A DNA stretch of 64,000 nucleotides, taken from assembly GCA_965218095.1 (NCBI GenBank), contig OZ244587.1, forward strand, positions 3,648,001-3,712,000. Direction: 5' to 3'. The translations under genes and the position numbers were made by a program. The DNA comes from Candidatus Poribacteria bacterium (GTDB taxonomy: Bacteria; Poribacteria; WGA-4E; PCPOR2b). This document shows, piece by piece, positions 53,946 through 63,753 of this stretch (positions within the stretch are counted from its first letter, which is position 1; the number at the start of each line of letters is the position of its first letter). The notes under the pieces are model-generated. The model saw only the letters and a list, made by a program, of their open reading frames with translations, made no database searches and was not told where the DNA came from.

Positions 53946-55142
53946 ATGAAGGTTAATCTACAACAATTGCTGGACGACGGTTTTATTATTTTACGGGAGG
54001 TTATCTCCCCAGAGCAGTTGGACGAAGTGCGGGCCAGTTTTGAAGTCCTTGTTGAGCGGCAGAAGGCAATCTGGGCGCGGGAGGGCAATCCCAGTGTGTG
54101 GGAAACCGGCGCGCAGCCACGGCTGGTACATTTTGAGAATCTTATTGACGAAGGCACCGCCAACACAGTCGAGGTGTGGCTGCACGAAAACACGTTGGGC
54201 GTCAGTCGCCAACTGTTAAGTGTGCCGGAAGAAGCATCGGTTGCAGGGATGATGTTGATGTGTAGTCCGCAACGCGACCACGGGCCTGCCCATTGGCACC
54301 GCGATGTCCATCCCATTGACATGGCGCCAATAGGCAGCTTGCAAGCAGATTTGTTAGAGAATGGGCCCAAGTATATACAGTGGAACATCCCGCTCTACGA
54401 CGATGACGTACTGTGGGTCGTGCCGGGCAGCCACCGCCGTCTCAACACGGAAGCAGAGAATTGTCAACTGCTTGAAAATCAGCGCGTCCCGTTGCCGGGC
54501 AGTATCCCAGTTGAACTAAACGGCGGCGATGGCGTTGTGTATTCCAACTACCTCTTGCACTGGGGCAGCAACTACAGTACTAAACTGCGCCGCACAATTC
54601 ATGGCGGTCACACGATTTTCCCGTACTATCCTGACTTGAGTTTCGCTCAGTTTCTGCCACCATCGGCGCGGGAGACCTTCGAGACGTGGACGCAACGAAG
54701 TGCAGGTATGCAGGATCTCACCGAAGCGGCGTTGCGGGCAATTATCAACAGAAACGCCGGCGCCTACCGTGAAACGGTCGAAGCGCTCCAGCCTAGCGCC
54801 GGCGAGGCAAGCAAGATGGTACTGGCGATTTATCTTTGCAAGGCAGCCTACCACATTGATATCTTGAAAAACTCCGACTTTGAGCAACTGCCTCCGGAGG
54901 TTCGCAGACGCGCCGCCAATCCCCACTCCATTAGCATCAATTGGGGGCCACAGTTCGCCAATCGCTTCTCGAAGGCAGAGGCTGACCTCTTGTGGCAGCG
55001 GTTCGAAACACTCGACGCAAAACTCCAGGCAGATAAAGAGCATTTCGTTCCCGGTTTTCAGTCGGGACCGATGCGATACTTTTTCAACGAGATGCCCGCC
55101 GATTTTGGGGTCGAAGACTTTATTGCCAGTTGGAGAGCATAA
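53946..55142 (+). CDS. phytanoyl-CoA dioxygenase (PhyH) family protein
   Basis: DDGFIILREVI, WHRD, LWVVPGSH, LLHWG...RRT. Confidence 0.85.
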   Translation: MKVNLQQLLDDGFIILREVISPEQLDEVRASFEVLVERQKAIWAREGNPSVWETGAQPRLVHFENLIDEGTANTVEVWLHENTLGVSRQLLSVPEEASVAGMMLMCSPQRDHGPAHWHRDVHPIDMAPIGSLQADLLENGPKYIQWNIPLYDDDVLWVVPGSHRRLNTEAENCQLLENQRVPLPGSIPVELNGGDGVVYSNYLLHWGSNYSTKLRRTIHGGHTIFPYYPDLSFAQFLPPSARETFETWTQRSAGMQDLTEAALRAIINRNAGAYRETVEALQPSAGEASKMVLAIYLCKAAYHIDILKNSDFEQLPPEVRRRAANPHSISINWGPQFANRFSKAEADLLWQRFETLDAKLQADKEHFVPGFQSGPMRYFFNEMPADFGVEDFIASWRA

Positions 55143-55176
55143 ACAGTTGATCGAGAAAAGGATTGATAGAACGCGC

Positions 55177-55598
55177 TCAAAACCGATAACGCAAAGCGTC
55201 GAAACGAAAATCAAACAGTCCTTTGCTTTTACCATCAGAGGGCACATCTGAAGTCATAACCAATCGCGGGACTGACCAGGCGATTCGGTGTGATTCAATA
55301 TTTAACAAGGCATAGCGTTCATGACGAGATGCATATAATACGAAACCATCGTAAATGCCGAATCCCAGACCTAAGATGAGCCCAATTCCCGTCCCCTGTC
55401 TCAGGTTTTTGCCCAACCCGGGTCGTCTTGCTGTAGAGATACCCCTGTGGCGACAAGGGTGCCCGCAGTCCCACCGTAGACGATGTATGTCGTAACTGTT
55501 TTCATCCCTGCCGATTCTGCATCTGTTGTTGAAATGAAAGCAAGTATCAGCATGGACAGAGTGATCAAACAAGCTGTTTTGAAAAAAAATGATTGCAT
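55177..55598 (-). pseudogene. exported/membrane hypothetical protein, frameshifted
   Basis: Signal-peptide ORF 55401..55598 shifts into ORF 55177..55626 near 55425. Confidence 0.45.
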
Positions 55599-55622
55599 AA
55601 TATATCCACCTTTTCTTGCGTT

Positions 55623-56372
55623 TCACGGGAACAAAATTCGACCTCCGCTGGCAATAACGGTCGCTCCTGTCATATAGCTAGATTCTTCGCTCAGGAGAAA
55701 GGCAATTACGTTTGCTATCTCTTTGGGTTCACCCAAACGCCCCAACGGTGTGGTTGACCGCAAATGTTCCTGCATTTCCAGTGAAACCTCGTGAATCATA
55801 TCCGTATCAATTGCGCCGGGGGCAACCGAGTTAATCCGAATGTTGTATCGGGCTAAAGGTTCACAAGAAGACTTTGTTAAGGAGATCACGCCTGCTTTTG
55901 CGGCTGAATAGGCAAGCTGATTGGGACGCACAGCCAACGCCGCAATTGATGAGACATTGACGATGCGTCCGAACTTCCGTTGGATCATCGCGTCCTTAAC
56001 CACCCAGATGACGTTGAAAGGGCCGGTCAAGTTAATCGCTATGATTCGATCCCAGTGTTCAGGTGCCAGTTCATCAAAGTTCATATTGCCGACATCGCCA
56101 GCGTTGTTCACCAATAGATCGATGCCCCCGAATTCTCTTGTCACTTTCGCTGTCATCTCCTTGACCGCAGCCCGGTCCGCGATGTCAGCTTGAACAGCGA
56201 TTGCGCGTCGCCCAAGCCTACGCACTTCCTCGCAAACTGATTCCGCTGATTTCTTCGATCGAACATAATGCACCGCAACATCTGCGCCTTCGCCAGCGAG
56301 CTTCATCGCCGTTGCTCTCCCGATTCCGCGGCTGGCGCCTGTCACCAACGCGACCCTTTCTTCAAATTTCAT
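55623..56372 (-). CDS. SDR family oxidoreductase (FabG-like)
   Basis: TGASRGIG, NNAG, YSAAKAG, PGAIDT. Confidence 0.93.
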   Translation of the reverse strand: MKFEERVALVTGASRGIGRATAMKLAGEGADVAVHYVRSKKSAESVCEEVRRLGRRAIAVQADIADRAAVKEMTAKVTREFGGIDLLVNNAGDVGNMNFDELAPEHWDRIIAINLTGPFNVIWVVKDAMIQRKFGRIVNVSSIAALAVRPNQLAYSAAKAGVISLTKSSCEPLARYNIRINSVAPGAIDTDMIHEVSLEMQEHLRSTTPLGRLGEPKEIANVIAFLLSEESSYMTGATVIASGGRILFP

Positions 56373-56480
56373 ACGTCAGTCTCCCCGTGCGTGAAACGTG
56401 ATGCGTAAATGAATCACTGAACCAATGGACGCTTTCATTCTTCCGTCGGTCTTTGATTAAGAGTCCAAGACTTTCCTTCC

Positions 56481-57644
56481 TCATTGCCTTATACCTTCAA
56501 TCGCAGCTTTGACCCACTGAAGATTACGTTTGGGCATAATTCCATAGTTGTAGAACGATACGGCGCGGACACCGAGATCTGCTGCGGCTTTGACGTTCGT
56601 TGCAAGCGTTTTCGCATCTGGGCTTGCTGGAGGATATGCGCAGACGCCTACCCAGACCCGATCCGCCTGCCCATTCATCAGGGCTGTGGCGTTTCGGACG
56701 GATTCCTCAACGGACGCCTGTGAGGGAGTATAGCACAAGATCTCGTGCCAGTTAACAACCTCCCGTATCTGTTCAGTATTGAGGCCCGAATATCGACGAC
56801 TGCCCATCGCCATTGATGCGATCTGGGCTTTGGACACGGTTTTAATCTCCGAAATGAGCGAACTGACGACGGATTCGCGCATTTTGAGATACTCTCGTGT
56901 TTCGGGGACCTTATCACAGAATTCGCCGAACCCGATCTGGATCGATTGTCCCGACTCAAAACTGGCTGCGAGCTCAGCGCGCACGCCGTTTGCAAGGGCA
57001 GTGACATCAATACCCCCATCCCGCCCACGCTTGCAGCAACTCTCACAGAAACATAGTCCAAGCAGAAATCGATCAATTTCTCCAAACGGAATGCCAATCT
57101 TCTCGTGTCCGTGGTGATGGCGCCCACCTTGATAGTCACACGACTCCAACTCAACTGTGGCAAAATTGTAGTTTGTCGTCAAGTCCTCCACGAGGGCGCG
57201 CATGTACTCACGCACGTCTTCATTGGCGGGGCAGAGGGCGTTCCAACATGGATTGCCAAACACATCGCGCTGTGCCACTGCCGGGTGATTCCGTCCAATC
57301 TGCGAATTATGGAGGCACACCGTCCATGACGAAAGTTTTATGCCGTGTCGGTCGCAGCCATCGGAGATTTGCCGTAACGGGTTTGTCCTTTCCGCGAGCG
57401 GCGACACGGGCGGCTTGATTCGGGTATCTGTGTATAGCGATCGATCCGGTTGAAAATAGATCGCTGCCTGCGAACTATAAAAATTGTTCTCCAGTTGATG
57501 CACGCGCAGGTGGTCGACGCTATGATAACACGTCGCCACACTAAGCGTGTTCAAGCCAATCTCGTTCTTGAGGGTCGAGATGATAGAATCAACGCCTTCA
57601 TCAATGACATCCCACACGTAAGACCAGATGCTTAGGATTTCCAT
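56481..57644 (-). CDS. hypothetical TIM-barrel protein (glycoside hydrolase-like)
   Basis: WSYVWD, ATCYH, WTVCLHN, LCPANEDVREY, LCFCESC, SFYNYG; start MEILS at 57644. Confidence 0.65.
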   Translation of the reverse strand: MEILSIWSYVWDVIDEGVDSIISTLKNEIGLNTLSVATCYHSVDHLRVHQLENNFYSSQAAIYFQPDRSLYTDTRIKPPVSPLAERTNPLRQISDGCDRHGIKLSSWTVCLHNSQIGRNHPAVAQRDVFGNPCWNALCPANEDVREYMRALVEDLTTNYNFATVELESCDYQGGRHHHGHEKIGIPFGEIDRFLLGLCFCESCCKRGRDGGIDVTALANGVRAELAASFESGQSIQIGFGEFCDKVPETREYLKMRESVVSSLISEIKTVSKAQIASMAMGSRRYSGLNTEQIREVVNWHEILCYTPSQASVEESVRNATALMNGQADRVWVGVCAYPPASPDAKTLATNVKAAADLGVRAVSFYNYGIMPKRNLQWVKAAIEGIRQ

Positions 57645-57703
57645 CTTTTTTCTCCGTGGTAAAACGTGATGCGTAATGCGTAAAACGTAATAATCCCATA
57701 AAC

Positions 57704-60070
57704 CTATTTCATGGGAAAGATCTCTAGCTGTCCCTTCGCCGTGGGTGTGAAGACCACACACGGTATAATCATTTCCTGCATGGAGATGCCGCCGTGGGCG
57801 TAACGTGACGGCTCGTGAGGCGAGACATTGCTTGAGGGCAAGATCTGCGTCCGTCCAGTTGCAAAACCATAACGCAGCGTATCGCCCGTGGGCTGTAAAC
57901 CGATCTGATTCGCACTGAAAAAGACGAAGTGTTCTAAATCTGCACGCTCCGCGAAGCTCGATAAGCCAACATAGCGTCGATGGCTCTCTGAAATGGCGGA
58001 TATTTGAAAGGCATCTTCCGAAAGTGTTCGATGGTCTGTTGCTTCAATGAAACCGTGATCAGAGAGTAGAAAGATAAGAGAGTCGCTCGGAATTCGATCA
58101 AGGTAAGGCTGAACCAGAAGATCAAAGTTGACCTTAATCTCTTCACAAATCGTGGAAAGGTTTTGCGTCGCGTGATGAAGTTTCTGATCAATGAACGTCA
58201 AATTGAAGATCTTGACCGGGACATCATCGGCTTCAATGAGATCGAGAATCTGTGCCTGATTGTCTCCCCCGTCACTTGCCCATCGCACGCCATTAATCCC
58301 ACGCTTCTGGAAAGCAGGTATCAACCTCTTCCACCAATCGTTGTCTGCATCCCCGTTTGGAAATTCCCCTGTAAGAATCGCGTATTTGTTATACGATGTT
58401 GTCGAGGGCAAAATTGAAACCAACGGGAGAACACCTTCGAGTGCAAACTTTCCCTGAAACGCACCCAACACCTTCGGTTTGATTGCCTCCCAAGTATCCC
58501 ATCTCATTCCATCAAGGATGAAAATGTAAGCTGATTGTGACGTTTTCTGGAGATATTGCTGATAGCGAGGCAGAAAAAGCAGATCTAAAAAATCAGCTGT
58601 CAGCAACGGCTTATCTCTATCCGAGGAGGGCCAGGCAGGGTAGGAGGCTGCAATGCGTTGGGCGAATTCCATGTTATATCCATCCATCAACCGCTTAACA
58701 CGATCTAACACCTGGCCAATGACAGGATTGGGCAACAGTTCGCACTGAAAGTTAAGTTGCTCAAGTTTATCCGCCATGAAATCGAGCTTCGAGAGGTAAG
58801 CCGGATACACCTTTTTTCGCCAAACCTCCAGGCCCTGATTCTGTGCGCCCCTCCGATGGCCTCCAGCCAGCCAGCTTCTGTTTTCTGCACTTGCGATTAA
58901 CTGATTCAACGCAACGAGATCGCCAAATGCCCGGAATGTATCTTTAATGCACAGGTAACTCGTGGTATCACCTCGAAACAGGTGCCTGCGCTGAATGTTT
59001 TCAATAATGTCGCGAATGTCAACTGCATCCAACGATTCAGGAGAATGACAGAGATGTGTGGCAAGCAGACGCAGGGCTTCACGCATCGGCACACAAAAGA
59101 GGGTTTCCTTCTTTGTATATTCTGCTGTCTTGCTGAGATTAGCAGCATCGATCCCAACCCACCTCTCAAAGAGTTCAAGCCGCTGTCGATCTTGGGTCAG
59201 CCAGATCTCTGTCTGTTTAATCTGGTCGATGACACGCTCCGAATCGCTTCGGATGAGTTGATGACAGCCTTTCCAAATCTCATCCGGTGGGGTGGTGCCG
59301 TACTTTTTCCAAATCGTCTCCCCGAAAATCTCAGGAAGGAAGAGATCGTAATGTTTATTATGCTGTGCCAATGAGTACGAGGTCCAGAGAAAGTGCACAA
59401 AATCCGCATCGCCTGCGAGCTTGTCCATGAGCGGGAGCGCCGCCCGAACCTTGAGATTAAGTGACTGAGACAATTTCGGATACTTTTCTCCCCACGCGAT
59501 CAGATCCGGATCTCTCTCCATCCGCTGCCATGTGTTGATGGCTTCATGCACGGACAGATTGGCTTGCAAATCGATCTCAAGTCGAGTGGAGAGCAGGAGA
59601 TTCGTCCCTTCGGAAGGCGTCATAAAGCGAGGATAGTTCAGGCGGTATTCCTGAAGCCGTTCAAAAAGCGTCCAGAAATCCTCGCCGTTCAATTGGTTGA
59701 CGGCGTTGGTCCAATTATACCCCGGTTGGGCAAACTCAAGAATTGATTGTGGCGTCATCTTGACGGGTTGACTCCGAACGATATAGTCAAGAATATGGAG
59801 ATTGACTTCATCGGGTTGGCGGGAAACAATACATGTGCAAAACGCCTCTCGATTGTCTTTGTATTGCTCCAATCTCTGCCGCACCTGCAGATCGCTCTCA
59901 AAAAAGATAACCTCGTATCTCCGATTAGAGAGTTTCAGAGAATGAAGGTCTGGGAAAATACACGAGGCATCCCGGATGAAAATCCAATAGCTCGGCAGAG
60001 AAATCTGGTTGGTCAGATAATTTTCAATCCATGAGAGGTCAACCCAATTCTCTGATTGTTCAGTTGGCAT
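57704..60070 (-). CDS. pglZ: PglZ domain protein (alkaline phosphatase superfamily)
   Basis: FILDGMRWD, LPSTTSY, LLSDHGF, YAHGGISMQEMIIP. Confidence 0.85.
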   Translation of the reverse strand: MPTEQSENWVDLSWIENYLTNQISLPSYWIFIRDASCIFPDLHSLKLSNRRYEVIFFESDLQVRQRLEQYKDNREAFCTCIVSRQPDEVNLHILDYIVRSQPVKMTPQSILEFAQPGYNWTNAVNQLNGEDFWTLFERLQEYRLNYPRFMTPSEGTNLLLSTRLEIDLQANLSVHEAINTWQRMERDPDLIAWGEKYPKLSQSLNLKVRAALPLMDKLAGDADFVHFLWTSYSLAQHNKHYDLFLPEIFGETIWKKYGTTPPDEIWKGCHQLIRSDSERVIDQIKQTEIWLTQDRQRLELFERWVGIDAANLSKTAEYTKKETLFCVPMREALRLLATHLCHSPESLDAVDIRDIIENIQRRHLFRGDTTSYLCIKDTFRAFGDLVALNQLIASAENRSWLAGGHRRGAQNQGLEVWRKKVYPAYLSKLDFMADKLEQLNFQCELLPNPVIGQVLDRVKRLMDGYNMEFAQRIAASYPAWPSSDRDKPLLTADFLDLLFLPRYQQYLQKTSQSAYIFILDGMRWDTWEAIKPKVLGAFQGKFALEGVLPLVSILPSTTSYNKYAILTGEFPNGDADNDWWKRLIPAFQKRGINGVRWASDGGDNQAQILDLIEADDVPVKIFNLTFIDQKLHHATQNLSTICEEIKVNFDLLVQPYLDRIPSDSLIFLLSDHGFIEATDHRTLSEDAFQISAISESHRRYVGLSSFAERADLEHFVFFSANQIGLQPTGDTLRYGFATGRTQILPSSNVSPHEPSRYAHGGISMQEMIIPCVVFTPTAKGQLEIFPMK

Positions 60071-60072
60071 GA

Positions 60073-60279
60073 TTATTCAACGGTGACTTTCTGTAATTTG
60101 GCTTCCGACTTTTTTTCTTCCCTTTCAATGGCAGCACCGACAACGGATCGCACGGCTAATAGCACTTCACGACATGCGGTGCCGAGGTGTCTTGACGCCT
60201 CCGATACCGCCATGCTGTCTATCACTTCGCCGAAGCCTGAGCAACAGATTTTCGCTTGATTTTGATTTTCGTTATTCAT
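60073..60279 (-). CDS. small hypothetical protein directly upstream of pglZ
   Basis: RBS GGAGG before ATG 60279; stop 2 nt before the pglZ ATG. Confidence 0.65.
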   Translation of the reverse strand: MNNENQNQAKICCSGFGEVIDSMAVSEASRHLGTACREVLLAVRSVVGAAIEREEKKSEAKLQKVTVE

Positions 60280-60413
60280 TTTGTCCTCCAATGATGGCAT
60301 TCCCCCATTTCAGTATCCGAATTCGTGAGAATTCGGGGCTGAATCCCGAACTCTCACGAGTTCGCTACAGATGGACTTTCTGAGAAGCTCTTTTGATTGA
60401 AGAATCGCAATTA

Positions 60414-61652
60414 TCAATCGTCAATCGTCAATTTTTTGACTTTGTCGCCTTTTTTAATCTCGCCGAATCCTTCAATGACTCGAACTCTCGAAAGGCGATT
60501 ATTTGAAACTTCGACAACTTCGACGACACCCACCGGCTTGGCAACGGTTCCAAGGATGTCACCGGTATCCGGATCAATCAGCGGTTCATCCTTGTAAACC
60601 TTTAACTGCTGACGCACAGCCACGCCTTTGGCGGAGCCGATATTGATATAGGTCTTTTCGCGGTCTTCCGGATCGACGTAAATGATTGTCCCCTGAATTG
60701 TGCCAACTTGCGGGACAGATTCACCAGACTTGCTGCCGTCATTCTGTGCAACGGCATCAGAGGCAATCGCCTCGGGACCGATGTTTTCACGTAATGCCAA
60801 CACCACCTTGTCCAGAGCCTCGTTCGTCGTAATACCAAACAGTGTTTTATCATACTCTGCGCTGCCAAATTCTATCTTGTTCAGAGCGGCGGGTTTAACG
60901 ATTGGGCGGAACTTTTTTTCTGAGCGTGGCATCTGCCCAAATTGAAATTCTGTTCCTTGTTCAGTCACGATCGCTTCTAAGGCAGCAACCTTTGCTCCAC
61001 CAAACTGGTGCTGCCGTCTCGCAGAAATCTTGGGGTTGTCAATCTCAACGCCCGATGTGCCGTAAAATCGCATATCAAGATGAACGCTAGCGATATAAAG
61101 AGAGCCAATTAACTGTATACCACTAACGTAACTGGCTGATCCACTTCGCTGCTGTCTACCTCCCCTTAGCAGACGTGAGGCATGGGCTTTCACACGTTCC
61201 TGGTTGAATTTCCGTATATCGCCCACGATAAGTGCATCAACATTAAGCGCCTTCGCTAGCTCACCTCGTTTTTTCGCGTCCGATTGAATAATTTTCTTGG
61301 ATAACCCCATGTATGCCATCGCATCCATCAATTCATCCTGGGTAACGGGTTCGTAGACGTCGGTTTGTTTGAGTTTTCGGTTGAGTAACTCCCGAAATCC
61401 CTCCTTGAGATGCCACTTCGTATGGTCTTTGCGTCCGCCGAAAATTTTGTTGAAGGGTCCCGTTGGAAGACAACCACAGCCTGTGGGGGAATCGAAACGG
61501 CTGTGATCTTCAAAATATAAGACCGCCACTCGCTTTGAGGTGGCAAAGCTGTTTGGTGCAAGCGTAATTAGCAGACACAGAACAATCATAACGGTTAGGT
61601 GCTTACCCGGCAGTGTGGAAATTTGATATAGATGCAGGTACTGAATTTTCAT
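60414..61652 (-). CDS. CsgG/HfaB-like domain + FlgT C-terminal domain exported protein
   Basis: RVAVLYFED, LNVDALIVGDIRKF; YINIGSAKGV...IDPDTGDILG...IKKGDKV. Confidence 0.75.
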   Translation of the reverse strand: MKIQYLHLYQISTLPGKHLTVMIVLCLLITLAPNSFATSKRVAVLYFEDHSRFDSPTGCGCLPTGPFNKIFGGRKDHTKWHLKEGFRELLNRKLKQTDVYEPVTQDELMDAMAYMGLSKKIIQSDAKKRGELAKALNVDALIVGDIRKFNQERVKAHASRLLRGGRQQRSGSASYVSGIQLIGSLYIASVHLDMRFYGTSGVEIDNPKISARRQHQFGGAKVAALEAIVTEQGTEFQFGQMPRSEKKFRPIVKPAALNKIEFGSAEYDKTLFGITTNEALDKVVLALRENIGPEAIASDAVAQNDGSKSGESVPQVGTIQGTIIYVDPEDREKTYINIGSAKGVAVRQQLKVYKDEPLIDPDTGDILGTVAKPVGVVEVVEVSNNRLSRVRVIEGFGEIKKGDKVKKLTIDD

Positions 61653-62076
61653 GATAAGGACACATCCTTGTTTGGATTTTTACTTCCTGTATGCTCCATG
61701 TCAAACAAGCGAAGTGGGCTGTTTCTTGTGTGCTCCAAGGTTTTTTCCAAGCGGAACCTTTTCCGCTCGCCGCCCCCTCTTGGTTTCCCCCGCCCCCCAA
61801 CTCCCCAACTTTGAGGGGCAAGGGGGAAGATACAGAGAGGGGTGGCGACACCGACATCATAACCCTATACGAACTTATGAAATGAACCACTAAGATGTTG
61901 AAAGCAGCATAGCATGTTGCATATTTTACTTGGTTGCGAAATTTCTGTCAAGATGATTTAGGTTGCGTCGATGGGGGTCAAGCGCCGATGTGTGTAACCG
62001 ATGTTCCACGCGATAGGTGAAAAACGACCCAAGATCAACGCTTTCGCACGAATTCACGCCGGCGGCTCCAAAACGC

Positions 62077-62113
62077 AAAAGGCCCGGTGGGAAACATTCC
62101 CACCGGGCCTTTT
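62077..62113. terminator. strong intrinsic terminator hairpin
   Basis: AAAAGGCCCGGTGGGAA-ACA-TTCCCACCGGGCCTTTT. Confidence 0.8.
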
Positions 62114-62128
62114 TGGCACCTGTTTTCC

Positions 62129-62164
62129 GTAAAATCCCCTTCAATCGGGGAGGGGTGCTGCAAG
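62129..62164 (-). CRISPR. solitary CRISPR-like repeat (no array)
   Basis: 36 nt CTTGCAGCACCCCTCCCCGATTGAAGGGGATTTTAC with TCCCC/GGGGA hairpin and a 3' end resembling ATTGAAAC; only one copy seen. Confidence 0.45.
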
Positions 62165-62423
62165 GGTAGCATCCGGAAGCCTTGCTACGACTGGCTTTGA
62201 GACCCCCCATTTACGAGGGAGCCGCCGTGATCACCCCATACCTCTCGTAAAAATTGTTAAAAAACGCCGCAAACTCGCGCCACAAGTCGCTTTGGAGCCC
62301 AATCTATCAGGGCAGTACGAGGGGCAGCAATTGACGAAAAATCACGCAACCCCTTTCCACGTCTGGCTTAGAAGGAATTTTTCCCCTATTTTTCGCCGTG
62401 TCCCCGGCCGCCTCGTAAATCGG

Positions 62424-62452
62424 ATATAAACAAAATTTACTGGTTTTGTCAA
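62424..62452 (-). promoter_or_regulatory. candidate promoter reading toward the solitary repeat
   Basis: TTGACA-N17-TTATAT on the minus strand. Confidence 0.45.
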
Positions 62453-62473
62453 CCCTAAAATTCCGTTCTCCCT

Positions 62474-62502
62474 TTGACAGCAAACTGAATTTCTGCTATA
62501 AT
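62474..62502 (+). promoter_or_regulatory. consensus sigma70 promoter of the K+ channel gene
   Basis: TTGACA-N17-TATAAT with extended TG. Confidence 0.8.
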
Positions 62503-62632
62503 CATTAGTAAAGTTTATATTCCTGTAGGTGATTCGAGTTTTTCAATGGATGAGAATCCCTTCATCCTTGAGGGACGAGCCGTTTTCTTATTTGTTGCGA
62601 ATACTGTAGAGACTTGAGAGGGGGCAATACCT

Positions 62633-63724
62633 TTGTTATTGAAATTCTGGTTTCGCCGTTTACGCCGCACAACCCGTAATCGACATATCCGGCGCATTAT
62701 GGGAGTCGCCCTCATCGTTATGGTGTGTATTGTTCTCAATTCAATATGCTTCTACTTCTTTGAAAGACAAGAGAACAAAGAACTGACGCTCTGGGATTGC
62801 TTCTGGCTCAGTTTTACCACCATTACGACTGTTGGCTATGGTGACTACTCCGCATCAACTGTTGGTGGGCGAATGGCAACGATGATCCTGCTGTACGGGG
62901 TGGGGTTGGCTTCGTTTCCCTATGTAGTGACTCAAATTGTGGACACCACTGTCGAAAGGCACAACGACCGCCGTTATGGAAGTATTGATTGCCGCGACCT
63001 TGTCCAAGAGCACATCATCATCGTGAATTTTCCCTCTGAGCGAAAGGTTGTTGCAATCATAGAACAGCTTTCATCAGATCCGGTGACATCCCATCGACCG
63101 ATCGTGCTCCTCACAGATAATATCGAAGAGTTGCCTTTCAACCGTCCTAACGTCCATTTTGTGCGTGGCGCTCCCCTGAAAGAAGAATCGTGGGAAAGGG
63201 CGAACATTGAAAAGGCTTATGCGGCATTAATCCTCGCGCCAAAAATCGAAGAGAACGTCGCAGATGCAATCACAGCCTCGACTGTGTCACTCGTCGAGAC
63301 ACTGCATCCAGAGATCAGGACGATTGCGGAATGTAGTAGTGTCGAACACCTGGGTGTATTCCGGTCTTTCAACTGTGATGCGGTGATTCCCACGAATAAT
63401 ATCGCCGCCAAGGTATTAGCGCAAGAAGTCCGCGATCACGGACTTTCCCATGCAGTCGCAGAGTTGTTGACTGAATCGGAGGGAAGTGAACTGTATAGTG
63501 AAACCATTGATATTGAAGGGATCAATTTTGGTGAACTGCAATCCCGGCTTCTGGAGTTGAAGGCCGAAGTCATTTTGGTAGGCATCATCAGAGACAAGCG
63601 GCATCAGATTAACCCGCCACCAGATCTCCAAATTCAGCAGACGGATCGGCTGATTCTGATTGGCAATCGTCGCAGCGACTGGGAGTCGATCCATGAGAGG
63701 TTGTTAAACAGGCGTGCTACGTAA
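62633..63724 (+). CDS. potassium channel with RCK (TrkA-N/C) domains
   Basis: TTITTVGYGD selectivity filter; HIIIVN; INPPPDLQIQQTDRLILIG. Confidence 0.92.
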   Translation: MLLKFWFRRLRRTTRNRHIRRIMGVALIVMVCIVLNSICFYFFERQENKELTLWDCFWLSFTTITTVGYGDYSASTVGGRMATMILLYGVGLASFPYVVTQIVDTTVERHNDRRYGSIDCRDLVQEHIIIVNFPSERKVVAIIEQLSSDPVTSHRPIVLLTDNIEELPFNRPNVHFVRGAPLKEESWERANIEKAYAALILAPKIEENVADAITASTVSLVETLHPEIRTIAECSSVEHLGVFRSFNCDAVIPTNNIAAKVLAQEVRDHGLSHAVAELLTESEGSELYSETIDIEGINFGELQSRLLELKAEVILVGIIRDKRHQINPPPDLQIQQTDRLILIGNRRSDWESIHERLLNRRAT

Positions 63725-63753
63725 GCCACAAACAGCGAATGGTGAACGTTTGT

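Noticed and set aside
58836-58866. GC-rich AGGHRRGAQ segment in pglZ as another in-frame repeat insertion
   Set aside because: No terminal repeats, duplication or second copy visible.
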